Shown here piece by piece: positions 19,501 through 27,255 of a stretch of DNA of 64,000 nt. The stretch comes from Candidatus Omnitrophota bacterium (GTDB lineage Bacteria > Omnitrophota > Gorgyraeia > Zapsychrales > Fredricksoniimonadaceae). Under the pieces are notes generated by a model. The model ran no database searches and had not been told where the DNA came from. It was given only the letters and a program-made list of their open reading frames with translations. The stretch spans positions 1,146 through 65,145 of the forward strand of contig CAIUQE010000019.1 in assembly GCA_903901225.1 (NCBI GenBank), given 5' to 3'. The translations under genes and the position numbers were made by a program. Every line of letters starts with the position of its first letter. Within the stretch, counting starts at the first letter, position 1.

Positions 19501-21665
19501 GGCAGGCCGTTTAACTTATTGATCTCAAGGCCTTTCGTCGCATCAAAAAGATGTTTAATATTATTGGTATCTTCATCCATGCGCGTGAGGAATTCTGGCA
19601 TCGTGTGTGTGGCAGAAAATCGCACCCACTTGTCAAGAATGAGGGGCGTAAACAGACGCGCATCCTCTGGAGAAAAAACACCTGCGTCAACCGCCGCGTC
19701 TGCCAGATCCCAAAGTTTATTTTTTATCCTGGTGAAAAAACGGGGTGGATTGGAGTTGTTCGCCATCAGGGATGTTTTAAGATTTAAGGCAATAGTCAGG
19801 AATCCGGTATAAAACTCCTCCGGCATGGCCGAGGAAATCCCTTGAATGATCCGGAAATAAGACTCCCCCAGCGGATCTAGCGCATCAAGGATGACTTCAA
19901 ATAATTTTTTCAAATTCGCGTCAACAGGGATGGTATGCTTCAGCTGATGCAATTGCCAGGCATCAACTTTGAAAAATAAAGAATTGTGGTCTTGCATCAT
20001 GGCAACAAAAACCTTTACGAATTTCAGCCACAGGCGATCAAAATCCTGGCCAAGGATATTTTTCAGGACAAACAATGATAACTTGGGGTATCGTGACTTA
20101 GGATCATCATAATCTGTGATGTTTTTCTCATTGTACTTAATAAAATCGATCAGAGACCCCTTGCCCGCAAGCCCCATCTTATAAAGGCCCGGCCATAATT
20201 TTTCAAATTCTTTTTGCCGCGATACCTGGTCTGTTCCAAGGTGGTCATACATGTTATTTATGATCTTGAGGGCTTCATAACTTCCATAGGTGTCACCCCC
20301 TTCTTGCCCGCTGACAGTTTTTAACAACAGCACCAATTCTTCTTCATGTACTTGAAGCCACGGTTTATCTAGTTTTAAAAGCAATGGAAAGCCGTGGGTA
20401 GTCAGCACGTAAGTGGTTAGTAAATTAGTGTTAGCGATTTTCTCTGAAAGTGACAAGAAATACGCCGCATCTTTTTGCCCGCTGAATATAGCCGTAACTT
20501 GATCCTTGACATCATTCCATCGGTAATGTTCTTCCGCCATATCGCATGCCGCAAGGAGCATGGGGCGGCCCGTGAGCGCGGCTTTTACTGGAGCGGGGTC
20601 ATTATCTTCCACGAGGGTGAGTCCTGCGGCATCCACGCCACCCGTAAAATATTTTCTTGGCAGGACTTCGCCGGTCGCGGGATCGGGTTCTTCCCGGATC
20701 ATATTGATGACACCCTTGCGGTACGCCGCGATGTATTGCTGGTAGATCTGTTCATTACCATCCTTACCGGGCTGTTCCACGCCTGAGGTCGCGCTTTGGT
20801 CGACGTAGGCTTTCCCCAGAAGGCTCTGCCTGAGATGATCCTTGAACCATTTGGCCAGGATCATGGCGTGGAAGACCTGGCGCAGGAGAGCGAAGTTCTT
20901 GCCGGTGTTGATCTCCGCTTCGATCTTCGGCAGGAGCACCTCGCGCATGGCCGTGGTCGTGAGGTCGCTGGCAGGAGCTGAGGACTCTGCGATGCCCCTC
21001 TGATGAGACATGGCTATGTAATCTTCTTCCAACATTACTTTCAGATGACTTTCCAGGATCACCACCGTGGTGCCGTTGGCGTAAACCCGGGCGCGGTCGG
21101 GCGTGATCCAGATCTTGTGGAAGGTGTCGAGCGGGACATCGGTGGTGCCAAAGCGTTCAGCCAACGTTTTATAAAGGAGGTCCCAGTAAGTCCGGCCCAG
21201 CGCGGTATCCGGGTTCATCAGGGAACTTGTCAGCTGTTTGAGAAGGTAATCCTGCGCCAATAGATCGCGTGCCATGGTTGTCGGGCCGAAAGCCTTGGGT
21301 GTGATCCGGTCAGGCTCAAGGGGTGAGAGGTTGACCCAAAGGTCGCTCTGGGGAACGGTCAAAGCGGTCAGAAAGTATTTGACGAGGTCCTGGGTGGTGT
21401 CTTTTAGAACAGGTTGATCACCGGGTCCTTGCCCGGGATCGACCAGGAAATCGAAATGAAACGGATGGCGCGGGTCGATCTTAAGGCCCTTGAGACAGGC
21501 GGGTTGGAACGCCGGTGACATGGTAACGGGCGCGCCCGGTGGTGGCAGGGGCACGGCCATCTGGGCCAAGGCCGGGCCGGGAAGCACACTGGTTCCCAGA
21601 AAGGCGGCCAATAGGACGCCGCGCAGAACATGAAAGATCCTGTGGGTGCGCAAATAATACATCAT
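16572..21665 (-). CDS. Giant paralog-family protein P1 (1697 aa): signal peptide, conserved N-domain, long unique middle, conserved C-tail
   Basis: Signal peptide ...PALAQ|MAVPLPPPG. N-domain motifs (CLKGLKIDPRHPFHFDFLVD, DLWVNLSP, FGTTDVPLDTFHKIWI, PRKYFTGG) are shared with the ORFs at 27256, 30461 and 60960. C-tail GGIDMNP...GLTPVITSL...AAQFLE. The middle of the gene has lower GC. Confidence 0.8.
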   Translation of the reverse strand: MMYYLRTHRIFHVLRGVLLAAFLGTSVLPGPALAQMAVPLPPPGAPVTMSPAFQPACLKGLKIDPRHPFHFDFLVDPGQGPGDQPVLKDTTQDLVKYFLTALTVPQSDLWVNLSPLEPDRITPKAFGPTTMARDLLAQDYLLKQLTSSLMNPDTALGRTYWDLLYKTLAERFGTTDVPLDTFHKIWITPDRARVYANGTTVVILESHLKVMLEEDYIAMSHQRGIAESSAPASDLTTTAMREVLLPKIEAEINTGKNFALLRQVFHAMILAKWFKDHLRQSLLGKAYVDQSATSGVEQPGKDGNEQIYQQYIAAYRKGVINMIREEPDPATGEVLPRKYFTGGVDAAGLTLVEDNDPAPVKAALTGRPMLLAACDMAEEHYRWNDVKDQVTAIFSGQKDAAYFLSLSEKIANTNLLTTYVLTTHGFPLLLKLDKPWLQVHEEELVLLLKTVSGQEGGDTYGSYEALKIINNMYDHLGTDQVSRQKEFEKLWPGLYKMGLAGKGSLIDFIKYNEKNITDYDDPKSRYPKLSLFVLKNILGQDFDRLWLKFVKVFVAMMQDHNSLFFKVDAWQLHQLKHTIPVDANLKKLFEVILDALDPLGESYFRIIQGISSAMPEEFYTGFLTIALNLKTSLMANNSNPPRFFTRIKNKLWDLADAAVDAGVFSPEDARLFTPLILDKWVRFSATHTMPEFLTRMDEDTNNIKHLFDATKGLEINKLNGLPELITEVCLDGDVQPIKDLTQLLTHKKFRQILLPKTPNIMPVIMDQTIAADMRFKIMHSVGAIAYLANLMQGSLQDERPAFDAVFVATDRILAQPVNAGTPEAVDALMPGLRRSIIENILKAPLPANLGTMLTDDPADEFYKNVTNIASNILTLGKALNNYMIVNDDNRNLFQKIFLNLAQHAAGHTLATYAIYIDQQVRPIKELLQTASQRNKPDLRKNYQHINDQRRIESAVRDTILSGKPLYMQRLQQFIDRLHSWGYRTTELLSEKTLALLDDPSIDLRYKMDALPFVTEVMLMKEAYGSYNDRSKIIFKASPHDPQLPPDLKAGRAIEAASVTLIRLWHKILQTSATSRNADTRKALAQISRQMPVLRATLLESLIQEPVPENATPLFENTSFINQIGTIMSVFTKSGEESRLWSLYRYAIKEFLNAYHKNAGVSAASRALRTKLMAIGKDSFKIHPDLEMQREFKDLVFGNKEAVARLVGNGWDPRLWEEGIELDLSLSKGMSDVQIREQIRHSATAMVESVEASVKKLEWREFKFRDMPVSVSNTVKLIQTTKDAEEFRGAFIKFNTAPELNNNQDHKNTLSELQSKINEIDALEKAITSQNGKQNVKITFRKDLLEEASVGQGAGQGCFSSEGVQKITPLETALQATAGFIIVHDQDGRQLATAHVALGDEGAYIDPIYTGSAYDMEPAFAAAIAELSRYLPKDGRIMLTPGSAAYNFFMNDHELKKIRMSHGTTGTIQLHRPETIIERTYFDAAPNVEHIPVDKESYDMLDVQTFTVNAADTFTNADLQTSGIFQLLANKDFQERRAILKPEIGKSLFDYLKENHPGYIPMIQFISQVFAPQYELRMTPENYAAFIEHAIDRKIIPNTPAGKEKAEKAFDDIADYFEKELSLKVVDMTPDHAMPATADKAATPGGIDMNPDLLKLDTTGQAVPMAPADSRMAPGKIKGLTPVITSLTPLVSAAQFLE

Positions 21666-21791
21666 CTTATGTTTGTAACGTATCTCCCTTCCTAAATATA
21701 AATTATAAAAATGCGGAAAACAAGGGCATGAGGTTCAGCCTGCGTTGCGGCAGTTGTGCAGGGCGGGGGGTTTGTGATAATATAGCGCCTC

Positions 21792-21986
21792 ATGAGTGCG
21801 ATCATTTGCCCCCATTGCAAGAATCCGATCTATGACGAGGACGCCCTGTTATGCCATTATTGCGGCAACAGCCTGGCGCGCGTGAGCAGCGGTGCTGTGG
21901 GCAAGATGCGCGCGGCGGGGATGAAATGGGTGTTGGTCGCGCTGGGCGTCATCACGCTGGTGATAACGATCATCATGTTCCAATAA
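21792..21986 (+). CDS. Small zinc-ribbon membrane protein
   Basis: CPHCKN...CHYCGN (4 Cys) followed by one TM helix (WVLVALGVITLVITIIMF). Divergent from P1 across a 126-bp AT-rich region. Confidence 0.45.
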   Translation: MSAIICPHCKNPIYDEDALLCHYCGNSLARVSSGAVGKMRAAGMKWVLVALGVITLVITIIMFQ

Positions 21987-21998
21987 ACCGAGGGAAAT

Positions 21999-24473
21999 AT
22001 GCCGTATACGGGGAATGATATCAGGCGGGTCGAGGAAAAGTGGCAGGCCATCTGGGCCCAGAAGAAAACGTTCAAGGCGTCAGTGGACAGCCACAAGAAG
22101 AAATATTATGTCCTGGAGATGTTCCCGTATCCGTCGGGAAAGATCCACATGGGCCATGTCCGCAATTACACCATCGCGGACGTGATCGCGCGTTATAAGA
22201 TGATGCGCGGGTTCAATGTTTTGCACCCGATGGGCTATGACGCCTTCGGCCAGCCCGCGGAGAACGCGGCCATCAAGCGCGGGGTTTCGCCGTCGGAGTG
22301 GACCTACCGCTGCATCGACGACATGCGCGCCGGGCTGAAGAAGATGGGTTTTTCCTACGACTGGGACCGGGAGCTCGCGACCTGTGACGCGTCGTATTAC
22401 CGCTGGAACCAGTGGATATTCTTAAAGATGCAGGAGAAGGGGCTGGTTTACAAGAAGGGTTCACCGGTCAACTGGTGCCCGTCGTGTGCCACGACCCTCG
22501 CCAATGAGGAAGTTAGCAACGGTGCGTGCTGGCGCTGTAAAAATGAGGTCGTGCAGAAAGACCTCGAACAGTGGTACCTGAAGATCACGCATTACGCGGA
22601 ACCCTTGCTGGAAGATTTGAGAACATTGAACAACTGGCCGTCGCGCGTGGTGGCCATGCAGGAGAACTGGATCGGCAGGAGTTTTGGGACGGACATTTAT
22701 TTCAGGATCAAGGGGGCGGATGATGTCATCACGGTCTTTACGACCCGGCCTGATACCATTTTTGGCGCGACCTATGTGACCCTGGCGCCGGAACATCCGC
22801 TGGCTCGCAAATTGTCCCGCGGCACACCCCAGGAAGTGGCGGTGGCGGCGTTCATCGAAAAGTCCGCGCATATTTCCAAATCATTGCGCATGTCGGGTGA
22901 CGCGCGCAAGGAGGGTATCTTTACCGGCGGGTATGCCGTCAATCCTGTCAACGGTGAAGAAGTACCGGTGTGGATCGGCGATTATGTGCTCATGGAGTAC
23001 GGCACCGGCGCGATCATGGCGGTCCCGACGCATGACCAGCGCGATTTCGAGTTCGCGCGCACGCATAATTTGCCCATGCGTGTTGTCATCCAGGACCCGG
23101 CACATCCTTCTGTTACGCCCCAGCAGATGTCCAAGGCGTATGAGGAGAGCGGGGTGCTTGTCAATTCCAGGCAATTTGACGGCGTCTCCAATGAGGATGC
23201 CAAGAAGAATATTTCGGAATGGATCGCGGCACAGAAGATGGGCCGTTTGACCATCAATTGGCGCCTGCGCGACTGGCTCATTTCCCGTCAGCGCTATTGG
23301 GGCACGCCGATCCCCATGGTCTACTGCGAGGCATGCGGCATTGTGCCCGTGCCCTATGACCAGTTGCCGGTTAAATTGCCTGAGAACGCGCCGATCACCG
23401 GTTCGGGCGGCAGCCCTTTGGCCAAGGTCAAAGAATTCGTGGATGTGCAATGTCCGAAATGCGGGTGTGAAGCGCGCCGCGAGACCGACACCATGGCCAC
23501 GTTCTTCGATTCGTCGTGGTATTTCCTGAGGTATTGCTCCGCCCACAATGACAAAGAGATCTTTGACGCCAAGGAGGCCGCGTATTGGATGCCTGTCGAC
23601 CAGTATATCGGCGGTATTGAACACGCGATCCTGCATCTGCTTTACGCGCGTTTCTTTACGAAGTTCCTCCATGACATCGGCCTCGTCGTTGTCGACGAAC
23701 CTTTTGATCGCTTGTTGACCCAGGGCATGGTCCTTAAAGAGGGCGAGGTCATGTCCAAGTCGCGCGGGAATGTGGTCGATCCCGACGAGGTCATTGCCAC
23801 GTTTGGCGCGGATACGTTGCGCGTGTTCATCCTGTTCGCGGCGCCGCCTGAGGACCAGCTGGAATGGAGCCCGGCCGGGCTGGAGGGGAACTGGCGATTC
23901 ATCAACAGGATATGGAATGTGGTGGAGAACCGCTATAGGCCAGTTGCGGCAGGGAACGGCATGCCCGACGCGGATGACAAGAAGCTTGAGTTTGAACGCA
24001 ATGCCGCGATCAAGAAAGTGACGGACAGCATGGAAGGCGGGTTCAAGTTCAACACCGCCATTTCCGCGGTCATGGTCCTGATGAACGCGGTCGATAAATT
24101 CCAGGTGCCGGATGGGGCTCCCGCGAAGCAGGCGGCGCTGAACAAGGCGGTTGAAACAGCCGTGTTGCTCATGGCGCCGTTCATCCCGCACGCGGCGGAA
24201 GAATTGTGGCAGATGATGGGCAAGAATGACGCGTCGGTCGCCTTTGTAGCCTGGCCGACGTATTCTGATGACGCCCTTAAGACCGACACGGTCCGCATGG
24301 CCGTTCAGGTGAATGGCAAGGTGCGCGGGGAATTCGAGGTGGCGCGCGATGCTGACGAAGCTGTGTTGCGGCCGATCGTTCTTGCCGATGAAGGCGTGCA
24401 GCGCCACATCGCGGGCAAGGACATCAAAAAATTCATTGTGATCAAGAACAAGCTTGTGAGCATTGTGGTGTGA
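21999..24473 (+). CDS. leuS: Leucyl-tRNA synthetase
   Basis: 824 aa. HMGH (class I HIGH motif), KMSKS (VMSKSRGN), an editing domain and a C-terminal anticodon-binding region. Confidence 0.95.
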   Translation: MPYTGNDIRRVEEKWQAIWAQKKTFKASVDSHKKKYYVLEMFPYPSGKIHMGHVRNYTIADVIARYKMMRGFNVLHPMGYDAFGQPAENAAIKRGVSPSEWTYRCIDDMRAGLKKMGFSYDWDRELATCDASYYRWNQWIFLKMQEKGLVYKKGSPVNWCPSCATTLANEEVSNGACWRCKNEVVQKDLEQWYLKITHYAEPLLEDLRTLNNWPSRVVAMQENWIGRSFGTDIYFRIKGADDVITVFTTRPDTIFGATYVTLAPEHPLARKLSRGTPQEVAVAAFIEKSAHISKSLRMSGDARKEGIFTGGYAVNPVNGEEVPVWIGDYVLMEYGTGAIMAVPTHDQRDFEFARTHNLPMRVVIQDPAHPSVTPQQMSKAYEESGVLVNSRQFDGVSNEDAKKNISEWIAAQKMGRLTINWRLRDWLISRQRYWGTPIPMVYCEACGIVPVPYDQLPVKLPENAPITGSGGSPLAKVKEFVDVQCPKCGCEARRETDTMATFFDSSWYFLRYCSAHNDKEIFDAKEAAYWMPVDQYIGGIEHAILHLLYARFFTKFLHDIGLVVVDEPFDRLLTQGMVLKEGEVMSKSRGNVVDPDEVIATFGADTLRVFILFAAPPEDQLEWSPAGLEGNWRFINRIWNVVENRYRPVAAGNGMPDADDKKLEFERNAAIKKVTDSMEGGFKFNTAISAVMVLMNAVDKFQVPDGAPAKQAALNKAVETAVLLMAPFIPHAAEELWQMMGKNDASVAFVAWPTYSDDALKTDTVRMAVQVNGKVRGEFEVARDADEAVLRPIVLADEGVQRHIAGKDIKKFIVIKNKLVSIVV

Positions 24474-24480
24474 GGTTGTG

Positions 24481-25194
24481 ATGACACAGCGTGAAATTGC
24501 CCGGCTGATCGACCATTCTTTGCTTCATCCGGCTTTGACCGATATCGAGATCCGTCAAGGCTGTGAGCTTGCGCGCCGCTGCGAAGTCAAGGCGGTGTGC
24601 GTCAAGCCCTACGCGATCTCCGTGGCGAAGGATATCCTCAAAGGTTCTCCCGTCGCGATCTGTTCCGTGGTCGGGTTCCCGCACGGCAATAGCATCACCA
24701 TGGTCAAGTTGCGCGAGACGCAGGAGGCTTTGGCCGCCGGGGCGCACGAGATCGACGTGGTCATCAATATCGGCAAGGCCAAAAGCGGTGAATTGGAGTA
24801 CGTGAAGGAAGAGCTGCGCGCCATCAACCGCGCTTGCCAGCGCACGGCGGCCCCCCTCAAGGTTATTTTTGAGACTGATTTTCTGACGGATGCCGAAGTT
24901 GTCGCGCTGTGCCAGGTGGCCACGGATGTGAATGTCGCGTATGTGAAAACTTCGACGGGATTCGGCTTTGTGAAACAGCCTGGCGGCAATCACAGCTGCA
25001 ACGGGGCCACGGAACATCACGTGAAGCTGATGCGTCAGCATTGCGCCTCGCATATCCGCATCAAGGCTTCGGGCGGCATACGTACGCTTGATGATGTGCT
25101 CAAATTCCATGCGTTGGGCTGTTCGCGCGTCGGCACAAGCGCGACGGAAGCCATCCTTGACGAAGCGAAGCGGCGCGGGGACAAAGAAAAATAA
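24481..25194 (+). CDS. deoC: Deoxyribose-phosphate aldolase
   Basis: An ATG at 24481 gives MTQREIARLIDHSLL. VCVKPY, VVGFPHG, DVVINIG and KTSTGF match the DeoC class I aldolase pattern. The track ORF start at 24463 overlaps the leuS stop. Confidence 0.8.
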   Translation: MTQREIARLIDHSLLHPALTDIEIRQGCELARRCEVKAVCVKPYAISVAKDILKGSPVAICSVVGFPHGNSITMVKLRETQEALAAGAHEIDVVINIGKAKSGELEYVKEELRAINRACQRTAAPLKVIFETDFLTDAEVVALCQVATDVNVAYVKTSTGFGFVKQPGGNHSCNGATEHHVKLMRQHCASHIRIKASGGIRTLDDVLKFHALGCSRVGTSATEAILDEAKRRGDKEK

Positions 25195-25286
25195 CGCGCC
25201 CCGAAAATTTTTGCTATTATTAGTTCGCACCCCAGGTCTTTCCTTTCCTCCCCCCGGAGAATGGCGTCCTTGCCCAAGGACGCGCG

Positions 25287-25631
25287 ATGTTATTCTTCAC
25301 ACCCCATGAACGCAGGGCGCTGATCTTTCTGGGAGCGGCTTTTTTTTGCGGCATCTGTCTGGACATTGCCTTCAAACTTTATCCGCCGGGTTATCAAGCG
25401 CTGCAGGTTCTTGACAAGGCGCCGGAGCACGCCCAGATCGACATCAATCGTGCTTCCTATGAGGACCTGATCGCGGTCGCAGGGATCGGGCCGTCGACAG
25501 CGGCGAGGATCATTTACGCCAGGGAAAAGGCGGGACGGTTCGCGTCACTTGAAGAAATCAGGGGCATCAAGGGGTTCTCCAAGAAAAGTTTTGCCAGGGC
25601 TGCGGCGCGGCTGACTGTAGGGCCGCCATGA
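25287..25631 (+). CDS. comEA: ComEA-like helix-hairpin-helix DNA-binding protein
   Basis: INRASYEDLIAVAGIGPSTAARIIYAREKAGRFASLEEI is a tandem HhH motif. Preceded by a TM/signal segment. Overlaps comEC by 4 bp. Confidence 0.8.
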   Translation: MLFFTPHERRALIFLGAAFFCGICLDIAFKLYPPGYQALQVLDKAPEHAQIDINRASYEDLIAVAGIGPSTAARIIYAREKAGRFASLEEIRGIKGFSKKSFARAAARLTVGPP

Positions 25632-27163
25632 CCCGTCGTCCCGCGGTGATATTGGCACTGGCGTTTGTCGCCGGGATATGCGGCGAGAATATTTTTGGCC
25701 CGCTGCCTTTTCTGTTCATTGCGGTGGGACTCTTCGCTGGCGTTGTCATTGTCGTTCGTTGTGGAAGGTTAGGATCGGGGGCGCTGCTGGTCGCGCTGGC
25801 GTTCCTGTGCGGCGCATTTGCCGCGTGGGACCGCAGTGTTATCCCCGCGGACCATATTCGAGCGCAGTTGGACCGGCTGAAAGGCCGCGCCGTGGATGTG
25901 GTGTGCCTGGTCGCGGCGCCACCTGAAAAAAAGACCAATGGTCTGGCGCCCAAAAGTGTGTTCATCGGCGATCTTGAGCAGGTCAGTGGTTGCCGCTTGA
26001 GTGGTAGAGTGATCGTGAACCTTTACGGCGCGGGGGATTTCCGTTACGGCGATCGTGTTCACGTGAACGGAAAATTCTCCAGGCCCTTCAATTTCTCTCC
26101 CGGTGGAAAACTATCTTATCGTGACTATCTTGCGCGGCAGGGTATTTACGCCGTGCTGCATGTGCGCACGCAAGCGCCGCGGAGGTGCCTTGAGGCGCGG
26201 CGATCATGGAGCTGGGAAGCCATGACCTTGGCCGCGCGCCTGCGCTTGCAGGAAGTTTTTCGGCAAAGCCTTTCTCCCGGCGAGGCAGGGCTTATGAACG
26301 CGATGCTTCTGGGGCCGCGCAACGACATCCCGCCGCATGTGTATGACATTTTTCGTAAGACCGGTACGGCGCATATCATCGCCATCAGCGGGATGAACAT
26401 GACGCTGACCTCGGCCGGCGTTATTTTTATTTTGGGATTGTTCCGTATCCCGCGCCTGCCGCGCGCGTTGCTGGCCGTGGTGATCCTCGCGTTCTATTCC
26501 TGCATGGCGGGCAACAGCGCGCCGGTGGCACGCTCAGCGCTCATGGCCGCGGTGTTCATCCTGAGTTTTGTTATCGAACGCGAGACCGACGCGGCCAACA
26601 GCCTGGCGCTGGCCGCTTTGCTCCTGCTGGCGGCAGATCCCGGGCAGTTGAATGACATCGGGTTCCAGTTGTCGTTCGCTTGTGTTGCCGCGTTACTTTT
26701 ATTGGCGCCATTGATCCTGGCACCGTTCGAAGGCGCGCCTTGTCAGGAGAACAAGGTTGCCTGGGGCCTGATCGAAGGCGCGGGCGTCACCCTGGCCGCG
26801 TTCATCGGGTCCGCGGGTATCCTGGCGTATGATTTCGGATACATGACACCGGTCGGGCTCATTGTGAATCTTCCGGTTATTCCGCTGATGGCGCTGGTCA
26901 CGGCGCTGGGGGCCGCGGTGGCGTTCACCGGGCTTGCGCTGCCATTTTTGGTAACACCTTTCGCGCTGGGCCTGAAGGTTGTATTGAACATTTCTGTCTG
27001 GATACTGGCCCAGGCCGCGCGCATGCCCGTCGTGCCCTGCGCCGGGGTATCCGGGTGGGTGGCTGGCGCGTATTACGGCATCTTATTGTCTGTGACCGCG
27101 TATTTTCATATGACAGCGAGAAAAAACAGGTTCAGCCAGCCCAGGCCGCCCCTGATCCATTAA
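25628..27163 (+). CDS. comEC: ComEC/Rec2 competence channel protein, short form without metallo-beta-lactamase domain
   Basis: An N-terminal DUF4131-like region and the competence-domain TM bundle (TGTAHIIAISGMNMT). 511 aa. No MBL domain follows. Confidence 0.75.
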   Translation: MTRRPAVILALAFVAGICGENIFGPLPFLFIAVGLFAGVVIVVRCGRLGSGALLVALAFLCGAFAAWDRSVIPADHIRAQLDRLKGRAVDVVCLVAAPPEKKTNGLAPKSVFIGDLEQVSGCRLSGRVIVNLYGAGDFRYGDRVHVNGKFSRPFNFSPGGKLSYRDYLARQGIYAVLHVRTQAPRRCLEARRSWSWEAMTLAARLRLQEVFRQSLSPGEAGLMNAMLLGPRNDIPPHVYDIFRKTGTAHIIAISGMNMTLTSAGVIFILGLFRIPRLPRALLAVVILAFYSCMAGNSAPVARSALMAAVFILSFVIERETDAANSLALAALLLLAADPGQLNDIGFQLSFACVAALLLLAPLILAPFEGAPCQENKVAWGLIEGAGVTLAAFIGSAGILAYDFGYMTPVGLIVNLPVIPLMALVTALGAAVAFTGLALPFLVTPFALGLKVVLNISVWILAQAARMPVVPCAGVSGWVAGAYYGILLSVTAYFHMTARKNRFSQPRPPLIH

Positions 27164-27255
27164 TTTTCGCCCCTTTTGCCCTCTTTTTGGCACGATCAAT
27201 CAATATATGTTATCTTTTAACTAAGTTTGGCGGTGTGTCTTACCCAAAGGCGGAG

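Noticed and set aside
22881-24407. 508-aa minus-strand ORF
   Set aside because: It is antisense to leuS (HIGH/KMSKS on + strand).
25261-25287. Hairpin GCGTCCTT-gccc-AAGGACGC between deoC and comEA as a terminator
   Set aside because: There is no 3' U-tract and it abuts the comEA start codon. It is more likely an incidental palindrome or a weak attenuator, and there is not enough evidence to call it a terminator.
27055-27255. Upstream extension of P2 ORF (track start 27055)
   Set aside because: It overlaps the 3' end of comEC in another frame and has no signal peptide. The ATG at 27256 with an RBS gives a canonical signal peptide that matches the other paralogs.
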